DNA of 64,000 nt from Candidatus Versatilivoraceae bacterium (GCA_965197895.1 OZ240232.1:228211-292210), one strand, 5' to 3'; counted from the stretch's first letter, positions 1-10,128 are shown. Translations and numbers: made by a program. The notes: generated by a model from the letters alone, not told the origin.

Positions 1-995
1 ACCAGATCGCCCAGTCGAATCACGTTCCCATGATGCACCCGCATTCTCTTGTTGAACCACAGCTCTTCCACCGAGGTCTTCCCCTGGCTCCGGGTGAGCT
101 TGAGGGCACGGCTTCCACCCTTGTAGGCCGTAGAGAGGAACAGCAGGTTGTCCTCGCCCCAAACCGGGGTGCTGACCGTCAGGCCTCCGGCCAGACCATG
201 GGTGTGGCTCCACAATAGTTCTCCGGTATCGGGATCGGCACCCACCACCTCCTGGTCCATCATTCCCACCACCTGATCCTGACCGTCGAGGTTGATGAGG
301 ATGGGTGAGGAGTGAGAGCGTTTGAAATCGTGTTTTGCCCAGGCCACCCGGCCGTCTCCGGCATTGAAGGCCATCAGGCTGTGACCGGGTCCACCCACCA
401 GACAGATGACCAGGTCTTTGTAGGCAATGGGGCTGGAGGAGAATCCTCTGCTCATGGGAGTGCTCTGGAAATCCTGTGCCAGGTCGTGTGACCAGAGGAC
501 CTTTCCGCTAGTCTTCTCCAAACAATGCAGGTTGCCCTTCCAGCCGATGGTCACGATGGCGTCCTTGATCAGCAAGGGGGTCGAGTGTGGTCCGAGGCCG
601 TATTTGCGATCGGTATTATCCTGCTTCTTTTGGATCACTGCCGGGTAGCTGTATTCCCAAAGGGTGTGGCCCGTTCCGGCCTCCAAGGCGACCACGATTT
701 CGGTGTCTTCCCTTCGGTATAGGGTGTATAGACGGTCCCCGTCCACCAGGATTCCCGAGTAGCCCTCGCCGAGATCACGACTCCAAAGCTGAGGAGGGCC
801 GTCAGGCGACCAGGAGGTGGAAAGGCCGGCCGCGTTGACTTTGAAATCCCCGCTGGGTCCGCCCCAACCCGGCCATCCCGGTGAGGGGGCGGTACTGCAA
901 CCGGCCAGCAGGAGGATTGCGATCGCGATGAATTGGGGGAGGCTCGGTGGCCACCATCCACAACCGGACTGCCGGTCTGACAGCAAGAATTTCAT
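1..995 (-). CDS. PQQ-like beta-propeller repeat lipoprotein (start at 995, 3' end runs off the window)
   Basis: Minus-strand ATG at 995-993 preceded by an AAGGAG SD. The N-terminus MKFLLSDRQSGCGWWPPSLPQFIAIAILLLAGCS carries a lipobox, followed by repeated G..L.A.D..TG..LW blades. The ORF track omits it because it is open at the window edge. Confidence 0.6.
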   Translation of the reverse strand, partial: MKFLLSDRQSGCGWWPPSLPQFIAIAILLLAGCSTAPSPGWPGWGGPSGDFKVNAAGLSTSWSPDGPPQLWSRDLGEGYSGILVDGDRLYTLYRREDTEIVVALEAGTGHTLWEYSYPAVIQKKQDNTDRKYGLGPHSTPLLIKDAIVTIGWKGNLHCLEKTSGKVLWSHDLAQDFQSTPMSRGFSSSPIAYKDLVICLVGGPGHSLMAFNAGDGRVAWAKHDFKRSHSSPILINLDGQDQVVGMMDQEVVGADPDTGELLWSHTHGLAGGLTVSTPVWGEDNLLFLSTAYKGGSRALKLTRSQGKTSVEELWFNKRMRVHHGNVIRLGDL

Positions 996-1079
996 CAATG
1001 AATTCTCCTTGAGGGCAAGCCACAGGGATCCAGCCGCGTTCCGTCCTGGAATCCCTGCGCTGGGACATTCGAGGTCGGG

Positions 1080-2126
1080 TCAGACGCCGCTGATCCCCAG
1101 TGATTTTGCGGTGTCGACCACCTTCTGCCAGACGTCCTCCGCAATCGGGATCCCCTCTCGTTCCCGCCTTGCCCGGGTCTGAACCTCGGGATCTCCCGGT
1201 ACCTTCACCTCCCGGAACCCCGGTGCCGGTGGAACCGCCCGAACGCGCTGCTGCATCCGGTCGGCTCCTTCCGCGAATTGGGAGAAAGGCTGGAACAGAT
1301 CCGCTCGAAATACCAGAAACGTATCCCCTTGGTGACGTAAAACTCCGTCGGATGTTTCGGGATCGGCAAAGGAGTCGGAACCCAGCAAGATGCGGCTCAG
1401 GAACTCGGCCGCCAGCATGATGGCCCATCCCTTATGCTGCCCAAACGGGATGTGCCCGCCCCCTTCAAAAAAGTCGCCAGGGTTAGTGCTGGGCCGGCCT
1501 TCTTTGTCCACAATGCAACCGGGAGCTAGCGATTCTCCTCGGTTGTAGGCATTGTCGACTTTGACGCCGGAGATGGCCGACGTGGCGAAGTCGACGATCA
1601 TGGGTGGCTCGTCCCCTGCCGGTATACCCAGAGCAATGGGATTGGTGTGCAAGAGCCGCCGGCTGCCGCCGTAGGGCATGGTCTTGGGATCGTTCTCGCT
1701 CAACCCTCCCACCCACACCATGGAGATCATTTTCTCTGCGGCCGCCATTTCCACGAAATGTCCCAGACGTCCGATGTGGTGGGATTGGACCAAACCCACC
1801 AGAGCGACCTGATTCTGGCCTGCCTTCCGGATGGCCGTTTGCATGGCGAATCGGGCAGCCACCTGGCCGAACGTCCAGTTGCCGGAGATTAAGGCGCTGG
1901 TCGGCGTTTGCTTGAGGATTTCGGGTTGCTGCGTGGGTGCGAGTTGTCCGGCTCGGATCGCCTTCACATATCCGGGGATATGCCACACGCCATGGGTGTC
2001 AACTCCCTTGAGGTTGGCCAGCACCAAATGCTCGGCAACCTGGCCGGCATTGGACTCGTCGGCACCGGCGGCCAACAGGATTCGGCAGGTTAGTTGGCGG
2101 AGCGCTTCCGCCGTTCGGATAGCCAT
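1080..2126 (-). CDS. Ldh_2 family oxidoreductase (malate/L-lactate/sulfolactate dehydrogenase type)
   Basis: 348 aa; the motifs KGVDTHGVWHIPGYV and HIGRLGHFVEMAAAEKMISMVWV are typical of Ldh_2. ATG start with an AGGAG SD ~10 nt upstream. Confidence 0.75.
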   Translation of the reverse strand: MAIRTAEALRQLTCRILLAAGADESNAGQVAEHLVLANLKGVDTHGVWHIPGYVKAIRAGQLAPTQQPEILKQTPTSALISGNWTFGQVAARFAMQTAIRKAGQNQVALVGLVQSHHIGRLGHFVEMAAAEKMISMVWVGGLSENDPKTMPYGGSRRLLHTNPIALGIPAGDEPPMIVDFATSAISGVKVDNAYNRGESLAPGCIVDKEGRPSTNPGDFFEGGGHIPFGQHKGWAIMLAAEFLSRILLGSDSFADPETSDGVLRHQGDTFLVFRADLFQPFSQFAEGADRMQQRVRAVPPAPGFREVKVPGDPEVQTRARREREGIPIAEDVWQKVVDTAKSLGISGV

Positions 2127-2231
2127 TTTGAATCGACTCCTGGAGTCAAGATCCCTTCTTGTCGGAACGTCGGGTCGGTGGCTACGGTGTCACCGCGGCC
2201 CGATGGCCTCTTAAAGAGAATTCACCGTTCA

Positions 2232-3602
2232 CTACTGAATCAAGCCGCTTTGAACGGCCAGTCCGAAGACCACACATCCAATGATGACGACGGCCGAGGC
2301 CAACAGCAGCAGCTCGATCGGCCGGCTCATTCTAAGAGGCCGCTCGGTGCGAAAGGCGAGCCAGCAGATGGCAATGGTCGCCAAAGGAGTGCCCAGCACG
2401 CCGATGATATAGTGGCTCATCAGCACCATAAGGGCGGGTCTGGTCGGAACCAGAAGAAAGAGCGTGAGAACGCTCAACAGAAAGACGGTCTGAACCACCT
2501 GGTGCGATCGACGAACGGCCTCGGGGCGGCTTCGATCGACCCATCCCAGGCTGCACAGGAAATCGGTAATGATTCGCCCATTGACGGCCGTTGCCGCCAG
2601 CAAGGTGGACAGCAGGGTTGCCAGAGCGCTGACCAGGAAGATGCTCTTGGACCAGGGACCATAGCTGGCCGTGAAGATGGAGGATATCTGGTCGACGACT
2701 CCGATGCCCGACGGCGTCTTGCCCTGGGGAAAGAGAATGGCAGCCCCCAGGATGAAGTAGGCAGCGGTCACGACGGTGGCCATGAGCGTGGCCAGGCCGG
2801 CATCCAGCTTGAGGACCCTGATCCAGCCCCGGGCCCGATCGAGCCATCCCTGAGAATCACGAGACCCTAAAAACCTGCCGTAGCCCTTCTCCAGCAACCA
2901 ATAGGGGTAGACCACCAGCTCCGAACCTGAGACGCCCAAGGCGCCGATGAGGCTGATGACGGCGAAGGCCGCCAGGCGAACGTCCGTATCCCCCAGAGAG
3001 AAAGCCATGCCCGACCACAAGTCCTGGCCACTCACTCGGTAGGGTGTGCCTTGAAGCATGACCAGGCCCACCACGGCTGAAGCACTCAACACCAGGGCCA
3101 GAACGATCATCAACTTTTCCAGCGGCCGATAGAGGCTCCTCCATAGCAGCAGTTGTACCCCGACCACGACCACCACCGCCCAGACCCGTACCGACCCGAT
3201 GGTGTTGGAGAAAAGTGGGGCGATTCCGTGCAACAGGCCCGCCATGGCTCCCACCAGCCCTGAGGAGCCCACCTGGGCTAATAACCACCCCACCATGAAG
3301 GTCCACACCAGCCAGGAAGTCTTCCGAAGCTTGGGCCCCGGGAAGTGGGTGAGGGCCTCGAAGATGGTTTGGTTGTTGATGAGGCAATAGCGGCCCACCT
3401 CGACTTGGAGAAAATATTTAATCAAGCAGGAAAGCAGAACGGCCCACAAGAGAACGAACCCGAACCGCGCGGCCTGCAGCGGTGTATTGATCAGCTCGCC
3501 GGAGCCAATCACGCCGGCCGCCAACACAATTCCCGGTCCCATGGTAAGCAAGACCGGCCAGGTTCCAACCGGCGCGGTTCTGATCTGAGGATCTGAACTC
3601 AT
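2232..3602 (-). CDS. NRAMP-related multi-pass membrane transporter (metal-ion transporter-like)
   Basis: ~11 TM helices. TM1 reads GPGIVLAAGVIGSGEL, analogous to the NRAMP GPGxLxxIxYIDPGN region. The start is uncertain: an internal ATG at 3602 was chosen, while the track start at 3680 is TTG. Confidence 0.5.
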   Translation of the reverse strand: MSSDPQIRTAPVGTWPVLLTMGPGIVLAAGVIGSGELINTPLQAARFGFVLLWAVLLSCLIKYFLQVEVGRYCLINNQTIFEALTHFPGPKLRKTSWLVWTFMVGWLLAQVGSSGLVGAMAGLLHGIAPLFSNTIGSVRVWAVVVVVGVQLLLWRSLYRPLEKLMIVLALVLSASAVVGLVMLQGTPYRVSGQDLWSGMAFSLGDTDVRLAAFAVISLIGALGVSGSELVVYPYWLLEKGYGRFLGSRDSQGWLDRARGWIRVLKLDAGLATLMATVVTAAYFILGAAILFPQGKTPSGIGVVDQISSIFTASYGPWSKSIFLVSALATLLSTLLAATAVNGRIITDFLCSLGWVDRSRPEAVRRSHQVVQTVFLLSVLTLFLLVPTRPALMVLMSHYIIGVLGTPLATIAICWLAFRTERPLRMSRPIELLLLASAVVIIGCVVFGLAVQSGLIQ

Positions 3603-3753
3603 GGATGCGTCCTGGGTCCCCAAGCTTGTATTCTGTGGCCTCTTCCGTACAGCGGTCGATCGGGCTGTGAACCGGTCCAAGCGGAAGCCGCCCCTGCAGG
3701 CCCTTTATTGCCGCGGGCACCGCAGCGATTGGATAAGCGGGCACGGCTCCCGG

Positions 3754-4452
3754 TCAGGGCTTGTCGGGCCGCATCCGACGTTTCAACTCATCCAGGCTGA
3801 ATCGATTCTCCAGGAAATCGAAATATTCGGCTTCTTCATCGCGGACCATCTGTGCCTTGGCCGCCAGTGAATCGACGATGCCTTCCGGGATTTTGATCAA
3901 ACCGCTCTCGTCTCCGTGCAGCAGATCGCCCGGTGCGATGGTTAAACCGCCGACGGTAACGGTTGTGTTGAAGCTGACGTAGGCCGGATACCCGTGGGAA
4001 GCCACCCAACCGGCGCTGAAGATCTGAAATTCGGGCGTTCGCTGCGCGATGCCGCTTCGATCTCGGGCATTGGCATCGGTGACGATGCCAATGCAACCCA
4101 GTTTGTCCAAAGCACAGCAGAACATATCTCCGATGACGCAACATCGCTGGCGATCGTGACCATTGTGCTTGATCACCAGCACGATGGGCCGGGGGGCCGC
4201 TTCCAGGGCTTCCAGCAACTCGCCGATTCTAGGCGACCGCCGGTCGCCGGGAGTGGTGCTGTCCGCCGTGGCCGTGACCGCGTAGCCGGCCATCGGTTTG
4301 AGCCGGGGGAACTGGCAAACGAGCTGGTTGGAGGCATAGCCGGTGGCTCGATCGCGAACGCCGTACTTCTCTATGGCGTTGGAAACAGTGGCCGTATCGA
4401 AGGTCCTCAGAGCGTCCAGGGCTTGCGGCGAGGGATTGGATTTCTTGGTCAT
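3754..4452 (-). CDS. RraA family protein (HMG/CHA aldolase / RNase E regulator fold)
   Basis: ATG at 4452 gives MTKKSNPSPQALDALRTFDTATVSNAIEKYG; the TATVSNA motif and 233-aa length match the RraA-like family. The track ORF 3754..4746 has a non-protein-like N-extension. Confidence 0.75.
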   Translation of the reverse strand: MTKKSNPSPQALDALRTFDTATVSNAIEKYGVRDRATGYASNQLVCQFPRLKPMAGYAVTATADSTTPGDRRSPRIGELLEALEAAPRPIVLVIKHNGHDRQRCCVIGDMFCCALDKLGCIGIVTDANARDRSGIAQRTPEFQIFSAGWVASHGYPAYVSFNTTVTVGGLTIAPGDLLHGDESGLIKIPEGIVDSLAAKAQMVRDEEAEYFDFLENRFSLDELKRRMRPDKP

Positions 4453-4655
4453 TGGGTCTCCTATGTCCTCAACCAGGGCAGAGAACTGAAAACTGGATTG
4501 GTAGCAACCTGCCGGAGTGATGAACACGGGCTGCGGGCGTGGATCCCATCCCAAGTCCCGGAGAACGTTCCCCGTAGCTGCTTGCGCCGGCTTCCCATCG
4601 ATTCTGGTCTGGAACCGGCCACCGAGCGGAGCGGTGAGCGCCCGGCTGAGAAGGC

Positions 4656-5537
4656 TCAGACGCCTTTGGCAATTCTCTCCTGCAAGTCGGCCATTTGCTC
4701 CATCTGTTTCATGAAGGCGATGGTTCCGGTGAGGATGGTTCTCCAATCGGGTTTGGCCGGAACGCTGTCGAGAGAGATATAGCCCGAGAACCCCATGGCG
4801 TTGAGAGTCCGCACAACCTGCAGAAAGTCGATATGACCGGTTCCGGGCGCCTGCCGGTTGTTGTCGGCCAAATGGATATGCATCAGCCGGTCACCGGCGG
4901 CCCGGAGGGCGTCGTTCAGGGGACCATCTTCCATGTTTACGTGGAAGAAATCGGCTAGGACGCCCAGGTTGCTGGCTCCGATCTCTTCAACGATGTCTTT
5001 GGCTTCAACCAGGCTGTTCAGAAAACCGGCGTAGCCTTCGAAACGATTGATGGGCTCGATGGCGATCTCGACGTTGCGTTCGGCTGCATACTCTGTGATT
5101 TCTCGGGTGGATTTGATGAAATTGGCGCGCAGGACGTTTCGGGGCGTCTTGGCCACCGGGTACTCGGATTGCGCCGGAGAGGCGACAATTTCAAAGACGG
5201 GAGGCTCGTCGAAGGTCGTTGCCAGATCGACGCTTTTTTTGGCATAGTCTACGCCGTGGCGCCGCTCCGATTCGTCACTCGAGGCCAGGTCCCGGACTTC
5301 GCCCGCGTGCCACGGTGCCCAGGCTCCAATCAAAGCCGGCACTTGTAGGCCCAGGGAGGTGGCCAGGTCCTTCACCTCGTCAAATTGCCTGGCATCGATG
5401 CGGTCCGGCTCGGCGTCCAGGTCGACACCGTCATAGCCCGCTTGGGCCACAGCCTCCAGAACCTCGCGGGGTTTCTCCCAGACGTTGCCGCCGCTCGACG
5501 CCAGCGTGCAGAGAATCACTGAATACTTGTGCCCCAT
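4656..5537 (-). CDS. sugar phosphate isomerase/epimerase (xylose-isomerase-like TIM barrel)
   Basis: The pattern ...IEPINRFEG...HIHLADNNRQAPGTGHIDF is characteristic of AP_endonuc_2. ATG at 5537 has a GGAGG SD 9 nt upstream, whereas the track start at 5558 lacks one. Confidence 0.8.
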   Translation of the reverse strand: MGHKYSVILCTLASSGGNVWEKPREVLEAVAQAGYDGVDLDAEPDRIDARQFDEVKDLATSLGLQVPALIGAWAPWHAGEVRDLASSDESERRHGVDYAKKSVDLATTFDEPPVFEIVASPAQSEYPVAKTPRNVLRANFIKSTREITEYAAERNVEIAIEPINRFEGYAGFLNSLVEAKDIVEEIGASNLGVLADFFHVNMEDGPLNDALRAAGDRLMHIHLADNNRQAPGTGHIDFLQVVRTLNAMGFSGYISLDSVPAKPDWRTILTGTIAFMKQMEQMADLQERIAKGV

Positions 5538-5683
5538 GGTAAAACCTCCCTCCATCACTTTGGATGGGTTAGTAACCTGGATGGCTGACCTTCGGTTCCA
5601 CGTTAGCCAAGCGCCAGGGCAGTCTAATCCAAAGCCCGGTCACGTTCAAGGATTGGAGTGATTGCTGAGGCCGGAAACCGTTA

Positions 5684-7123
5684 ATGAAGAAGCGAATCAT
5701 CCTGATCGGCTTTTTGCTTTGGACTGTCTTTGCAGTGGAGCGGCTGCAGGGCCACGGCGTCCTGGGCCAGGTGGTTCAGCACCACATCATTGTCACAGCC
5801 GGGGAGTTTCATATTGATGTGACAGTTGAACTGACATTTCATTCCGTTTTCGCCCAACGAGAACGCCAACGGTTGGATACCAATCGCGATGGGTTCATCG
5901 AGGCTAAGGAAGTCGAGCAATACCTTGCCGGTATTTTGGCCAAGCTCGAACCAGGCCTGAGAATGGAGACTCGGCAGCGAGAGATTGACCTGATACGGTT
6001 GCACCCTCCCGAGCTGGATTTATTGGGGAATGAGGAGTCAGGGGCTCATCCGCTCCGAGTGAGTGCCTTCTACCTGGCCAGACTTGACCGGGGGTTGCGG
6101 AAGGCGGGCGTTGTGGACCTGGAGGATCGCCTTTGGATGGAGGGTCATGCTCTGGCTATGAACACCACCAGCCTGGTGCGGGATCCCGATCGATACTATC
6201 TCTACGGCTGGATGTTCGACCGGGTCCACCGGCAGGGTGGGTTGACGGGCTACGCTCACGTTCATCGAACCTATCCTCAACTGCATCGGGACATGAGTAT
6301 CAATGTTCCCAAAAACAAAGTGGATTTCCTCGAGTTGATGCAAATTGGTATTTTAGGGACGAATCTCTACTACGAGTTTCTCAATCTCGGCTTCAAATTG
6401 ACCGCCGCCGCCGGATCGGATGTGCCTTTTGCGGGTACCGTGGGGGAAGTCAGAGTTTATGCTTACGCCCAGGAGCCTGCCGATGCCGACTCTTGGTTTG
6501 AAGCCGTGCGTCAGGGGCGGACCTTCGTCACCAATGGCCCCATGCTGGAATTGGAGGTCGGGGGAGCCATGCCGGGTGGGGAGGTCTTGGTGGAAAAGGA
6601 CCGGAAGGTTCGAGTCCGCGCGCGGACCTGGGGCCATCCCGAGCGGTCCCGCCCTTCTCGATTGGAGATTGTGCGCCACGGTCAGGTCATCCGCCAGGTT
6701 CACCCTGGCCATGCCGGTGAGCACGAATTGCGCCTTTCTTTCGAGCTTGAAGCTGAATCCGGCTACTGGATCGCGGCCCGTGCTGAAGGGGCCGATGGAT
6801 CTCGAGCCCATACCACCCCGGTCTACGTGGTTCGGAAACCCCTTCGTTTCTGGAAATACGACCAGGTCGAGCCGCTGATCACAACCCGACTGCATAGCTT
6901 GGTTGAGGTGGAACGCTTAGTGGACCAAGCCACCTCCATGAGCCAAGGCCAAATTGCTTATGAGCCACTGGGCACGGGTGAGGGCACCGGATGGTGGGAG
7001 ATCCAGCGCCTGGCAGAGCAGGGACCCGAGTTGCTGGAAAGGGTGGCGGAGGCCAGGAGGATCTATGAGCAACTGCGAGAAACCTGGAAACTGGAAAAGT
7101 CTCAGCGTGAGGGGGCCCGTTGA
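5684..7123 (+). CDS. secreted hypothetical protein (possible PHP/CehA-like metallohydrolase C-domain)
   Basis: N-terminal signal peptide MKKRIILIGFLLWTVFAVERLQG. The central segment GYAHVHRTYPQL...AAAGSDVPFAG...RTFVTNGP resembles PHP-type metal-dependent hydrolases. The functional assignment is weak. Confidence 0.5.
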   Translation: MKKRIILIGFLLWTVFAVERLQGHGVLGQVVQHHIIVTAGEFHIDVTVELTFHSVFAQRERQRLDTNRDGFIEAKEVEQYLAGILAKLEPGLRMETRQREIDLIRLHPPELDLLGNEESGAHPLRVSAFYLARLDRGLRKAGVVDLEDRLWMEGHALAMNTTSLVRDPDRYYLYGWMFDRVHRQGGLTGYAHVHRTYPQLHRDMSINVPKNKVDFLELMQIGILGTNLYYEFLNLGFKLTAAAGSDVPFAGTVGEVRVYAYAQEPADADSWFEAVRQGRTFVTNGPMLELEVGGAMPGGEVLVEKDRKVRVRARTWGHPERSRPSRLEIVRHGQVIRQVHPGHAGEHELRLSFELEAESGYWIAARAEGADGSRAHTTPVYVVRKPLRFWKYDQVEPLITTRLHSLVEVERLVDQATSMSQGQIAYEPLGTGEGTGWWEIQRLAEQGPELLERVAEARRIYEQLRETWKLEKSQREGAR

Positions 7124-7188
7124 TTCTTTGCAGAGGGGTCTCGCTCCGGGGATCGGGCGGGTGTACGACAAAAACGTTGGAATCGCAA

Positions 7189-7670
7189 ACCGGTTTAACG
7201 GGACATGGTCCTTGCTCCCGAAAGGCCATGAAGGCCGGTTGTTTCACCCTCGAATGATCCGCCCCGTCGTGGGGGGCGGGGGCCCCACTTGCCTGAAACA
7301 AACCTGGGCTCGGGTGACGGAAAATCGGTTCAACAGATTGAAAGAAAGGGGGTTGGAGAGGAATTGACAACTTCTGGGGGTTATCCAGGAAGGACACGGA
7401 GCCACACCCTACAATTCCCGGCGTTGGGTCTCGGCGTCGAGCATGAGTCGATCCCTGATTAACATCGATAGACAGGATAAACAGGATGGTTTGGAGAGAG
7501 GTTTCAGCGTCTTGAGTTCGACCATCGCCTTTTCTTCAACAAGGATTCCAAAAACCCGCTCCCAAGTTCATGGATCACTTCAAACGTGCACCCGATCATC
7601 GAGCGAGTCAGCTTCCTGTGCAGCAACACCCTTACAAATTCCAGTAACGTTTAATCTCATCCATTACAGT
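7189..7670 (+). repeat. single copy of the dispersed ~490-bp repeat unit (MITE-like core plus spacer), directly upstream of integrase 1
   Basis: Near-identical to the units in the 16805-17885 array and to 25915-26440 (inverted). Contains ATCGATAGACAGGATAAACAGGAT 9-mer iteron inverted repeats. Confidence 0.7.
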
Positions 7671-7738
7671 CCATAACTGTATTTTATATCAGTGGTTTAT
7701 ATGAGTCCCGCAATCGCGCGGCCGGCTCGAAACATCCC

Positions 7739-7773
7739 TTGCAATCCACTACCATCCCCCATATAATTAGGGG
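7739..7773 (+). promoter_or_regulatory. sigma70-type promoter TTGCAA-17nt-TATAAT with the -10 box inside the palindrome CCCC-ATATAATTA-GGGG, abutting the integrase ATG (leaderless mRNA predicted)
   Basis: TTGCAA at 7739-7744, 17-nt spacer, TATAAT at 7762-7767, ATG at 7774. The same architecture recurs at 39825-39859 in front of integrase 2. Confidence 0.55.
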
Positions 7774-9006
7774 ATGATTAATGTAACCAAAACCACCCGC
7801 CTGCTACTTAAGACGAAACCCAAGGGCCGCCATCCCCCAAAGGCCCTCTCGGCTGCCTTCATCCGCTCCGCTCCGCCTGGAAGACACGCCGACGGGAACG
7901 GATTGTACCTCTTCGTCCAACCCAGCGGAACCCGCAGCTGGATTCAGCGCCTTCTCGTCCGCGGTCGCCGCCGTGAGCTCGGACTCGGAAGTGTTGCCCT
8001 CGTTCCATTGGCCGAAGCCCGGGAGAAGGCCCTCGCCAACCGCAAGCTCGCCCGCCAGGGCGGAGACCCGCTCGCCGAGAAGCGCCGTGCCGAAGGCATC
8101 CCCACTTTCGCCGAAGCCGCCATGCGTGTGCTGGAGCAGAAGCAGGGCGGATGGCGCGGGCAGCGTCACCCTCGCGAGTGGCTGTCGAGCCTGAGGCGGT
8201 TCGCCTTCCCTCGCATCGGCAAGGTGCCGGTCTCAGAGGTTACGAGCGCCGACGTGCTTGAGATCCTCACGCCCATCTGGCACCGGAAGATAGAGACGGC
8301 CCGGCGAGTGCGCCAGCGCCTGCGGGCGGTCCTGGAATGGGCGGTAGCGATGGAGTACCGCCTTGACAACCCCTGCGACCGGATCGGACCGGTGCTGGGT
8401 GCCCAACAGGACGTTACCGAGCACAGGCAGGCCGTGCCCCATCGGGAGGCGGGTGCGGTGATCCGTAGGGTGCGGGCATCGGCAGCGCCGCCGGGCGTCA
8501 AGTTGGCTCTTGAGTTCCTGGTGCTGACGGCAGCCAGGTGGGGCGAGGTGCGGTGGGCCGAGTGGGAGGAGATCGATCGCAGCGGGAGGGTGTGGACCGT
8601 CCCGGCCAGGCGGATGAAGACGAACCGCCGGCACCGGGTGCCGCTGTGTGGCCGCGCCCTGGAGATTCTCGACACTGCGGAGATACAGGAGGGGGGAGTC
8701 GGTCCACTGGTGTTCACCCATAGGGGCGGGAAGCCTCTCAATGACAGCGTGCTGCGCCGGCTGCTGCGGGAGCTTGGGATTGCGGCGGTGCCGCACGGTT
8801 TCCGCTCGACCTTCCGGGATTGGGCGGGTGAGGAAACGGATCATCCCCGGGAAGTGATCGAGGCGGCCTTGGCGCATGTGGTCCGGAACCGGGTGGAGGC
8901 GGCCTATGCCCGCTCGGACCTGTTCGAACGCCGGCGCACGTTGATGGACGAATGGGCGCGTTACCTGGCCCAAGGGTCGGGAGAGGATCTGGAGCCCGTG
9001 GGATAA
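7774..9006 (+). CDS. int: P4-type tyrosine integrase (DUF4102 arm-binding N-domain + phage-integrase catalytic domain)
   Basis: N-terminal GRHADGNGLYLFVQPSGTRSWIQR (Arm-DNA-binding), C-terminal HGFRSTFRDWAGEE...AHVVRNRVEAAYARSDLFERRR with the R..H..R..Y catalytic residues. ~85% identical to the 39860..41092 copy. Confidence 0.9.
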   Translation: MINVTKTTRLLLKTKPKGRHPPKALSAAFIRSAPPGRHADGNGLYLFVQPSGTRSWIQRLLVRGRRRELGLGSVALVPLAEAREKALANRKLARQGGDPLAEKRRAEGIPTFAEAAMRVLEQKQGGWRGQRHPREWLSSLRRFAFPRIGKVPVSEVTSADVLEILTPIWHRKIETARRVRQRLRAVLEWAVAMEYRLDNPCDRIGPVLGAQQDVTEHRQAVPHREAGAVIRRVRASAAPPGVKLALEFLVLTAARWGEVRWAEWEEIDRSGRVWTVPARRMKTNRRHRVPLCGRALEILDTAEIQEGGVGPLVFTHRGGKPLNDSVLRRLLRELGIAAVPHGFRSTFRDWAGEETDHPREVIEAALAHVVRNRVEAAYARSDLFERRRTLMDEWARYLAQGSGEDLEPVG

Positions 9007-9162
9007 AGAGGCGGCCAGGGATCGGACCGACTCCACAGAAGGCGAGTCAGCGCCTCTGAGAGAGTGTGCCAGTCTCTAAGCACGGGACTACACCCGGACC
9101 ACCGCCCTCTTCGACACGCTGATAGTCTTCAGAAAGCTTGAATCTGCCAGCATGGTGACTGC

Positions 9163-10128
9163 ATGCCCAAGACCAGGGAAACCATGATTGCCCACCTGAA
9201 CGGACGGGAAAAACTGCTGAGGCCTCTTGGCTTCACCCCCCAACAGGCCGAATGGATCACCCTGGTCTGCCTGCACTCGGGCCTGTTCACCCGAGACCAG
9301 GTCGAGGCTTTCTTCGGATACGCCAAGTCTACCGCCAACCGCTTTATCCAGGCGTTGCTCCAGACACGCATTTCACACAAGCCAATAGCCTCGGAGACCA
9401 TCACCGACGGCCGCCGAGTTTGCCGGATCTTCGGCAAGCAGATCTACGGGGAGCTGGAGGTCCCCCACATCCGTCACCGCCGGGAGACCTCGCTTGAAGT
9501 CACCCGGCGGCGACTGCTATCGCTCGATTTCGTGCTGGATCATCCGGAGTTGGCTTGGCTGCCGACCGAGCAGGAGAAGGTCGCCTGCTTCCAACAGCTC
9601 GGGATCGAGCGAGGCTTTCTGCCTTTCAGGATCTACTCCGGCCATGCCAAGGGGCAGGTCCGGTATTTCCCCCTCAGGCTACCGGTTGCCATGGGGCCGG
9701 AGGCGGCCGTATTCGTCTACATCGACCCCGGCATGGGAACCCGTACGGAGCTGGACTCCTGGAGACATACCCACCGGCCGCTTTGGCAGGCGCTCCGCGA
9801 GTGCGGCTGGCGGATCGAGGTGGTTGCGGTCGCCTGGGAGCAGGAACTCCTGGACCGCGCCGAGCGGGTGATGCAATCCTGGGTCGGCAGAGACCTGACT
9901 GAGGCCGGCAGAGAACTTCTCATTCTCCGGTGGGCTGTCTCCAACGCCGACCGGGAAACAGTCGAACGCTATGGTGGCCTCAATGCCGCCCTCAAGAAAA
10001 TCAACCAATTGAAGCAGGCAACGCCGGAGCCCCAGGGCCTGGGAATGATCGACGATTTCCACCTCTGGGGGTCAAGGCGGTGCCGTCGTAGGCATGCGCC
10101 ACTGAAAAAGGGGGGGTGGCTCCTCTAG
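9163..10128 (+). CDS. integrase-element-associated hypothetical protein (wHTH-like N-terminus; possible replication/maintenance function)
   Basis: 321 aa, co-directional with int. A 5'-truncated paralogue lies at 46972..47506. No recognisable catalytic motif. Confidence 0.55.
   Translation: MPKTRETMIAHLNGREKLLRPLGFTPQQAEWITLVCLHSGLFTRDQVEAFFGYAKSTANRFIQALLQTRISHKPIASETITDGRRVCRIFGKQIYGELEVPHIRHRRETSLEVTRRRLLSLDFVLDHPELAWLPTEQEKVACFQQLGIERGFLPFRIYSGHAKGQVRYFPLRLPVAMGPEAAVFVYIDPGMGTRTELDSWRHTHRPLWQALRECGWRIEVVAVAWEQELLDRAERVMQSWVGRDLTEAGRELLILRWAVSNADRETVERYGGLNAALKKINQLKQATPEPQGLGMIDDFHLWGSRRCRRRHAPLKKGGWLL

Noticed and set aside
802-1428. 208-aa minus ORF and neighbouring small ORFs at the window start
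   Set aside because: They overlap the well-supported PQQ-propeller and Ldh_2 genes in other frames, and their translations are Arg/Gly-rich.
2094-2870. 258-aa plus-strand ORF opposite the NRAMP-like transporter
   Set aside because: Antisense to a convincing 11-TM transporter. Its translation is low-complexity (Q/G/D-rich).
7443-7676. Small ORFs conserved across repeat copies (7443..7676, 17055..17351, 17545..17859, 25943..26347, 17332..17517)
   Set aside because: Their conservation is explained by near-identical DNA repeats. They have no SD, and their translations are low-complexity. Treated as non-coding, although translation cannot be excluded from sequence alone.
7124-7773. tRNA/tmRNA gene as integration target of the P4-type integrases
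   Set aside because: I scanned both integrase flanks and the element boundaries for T-arm (GGTTCGAATCC-like) and acceptor features and found none. tRNAscan-SE would be the decisive check.
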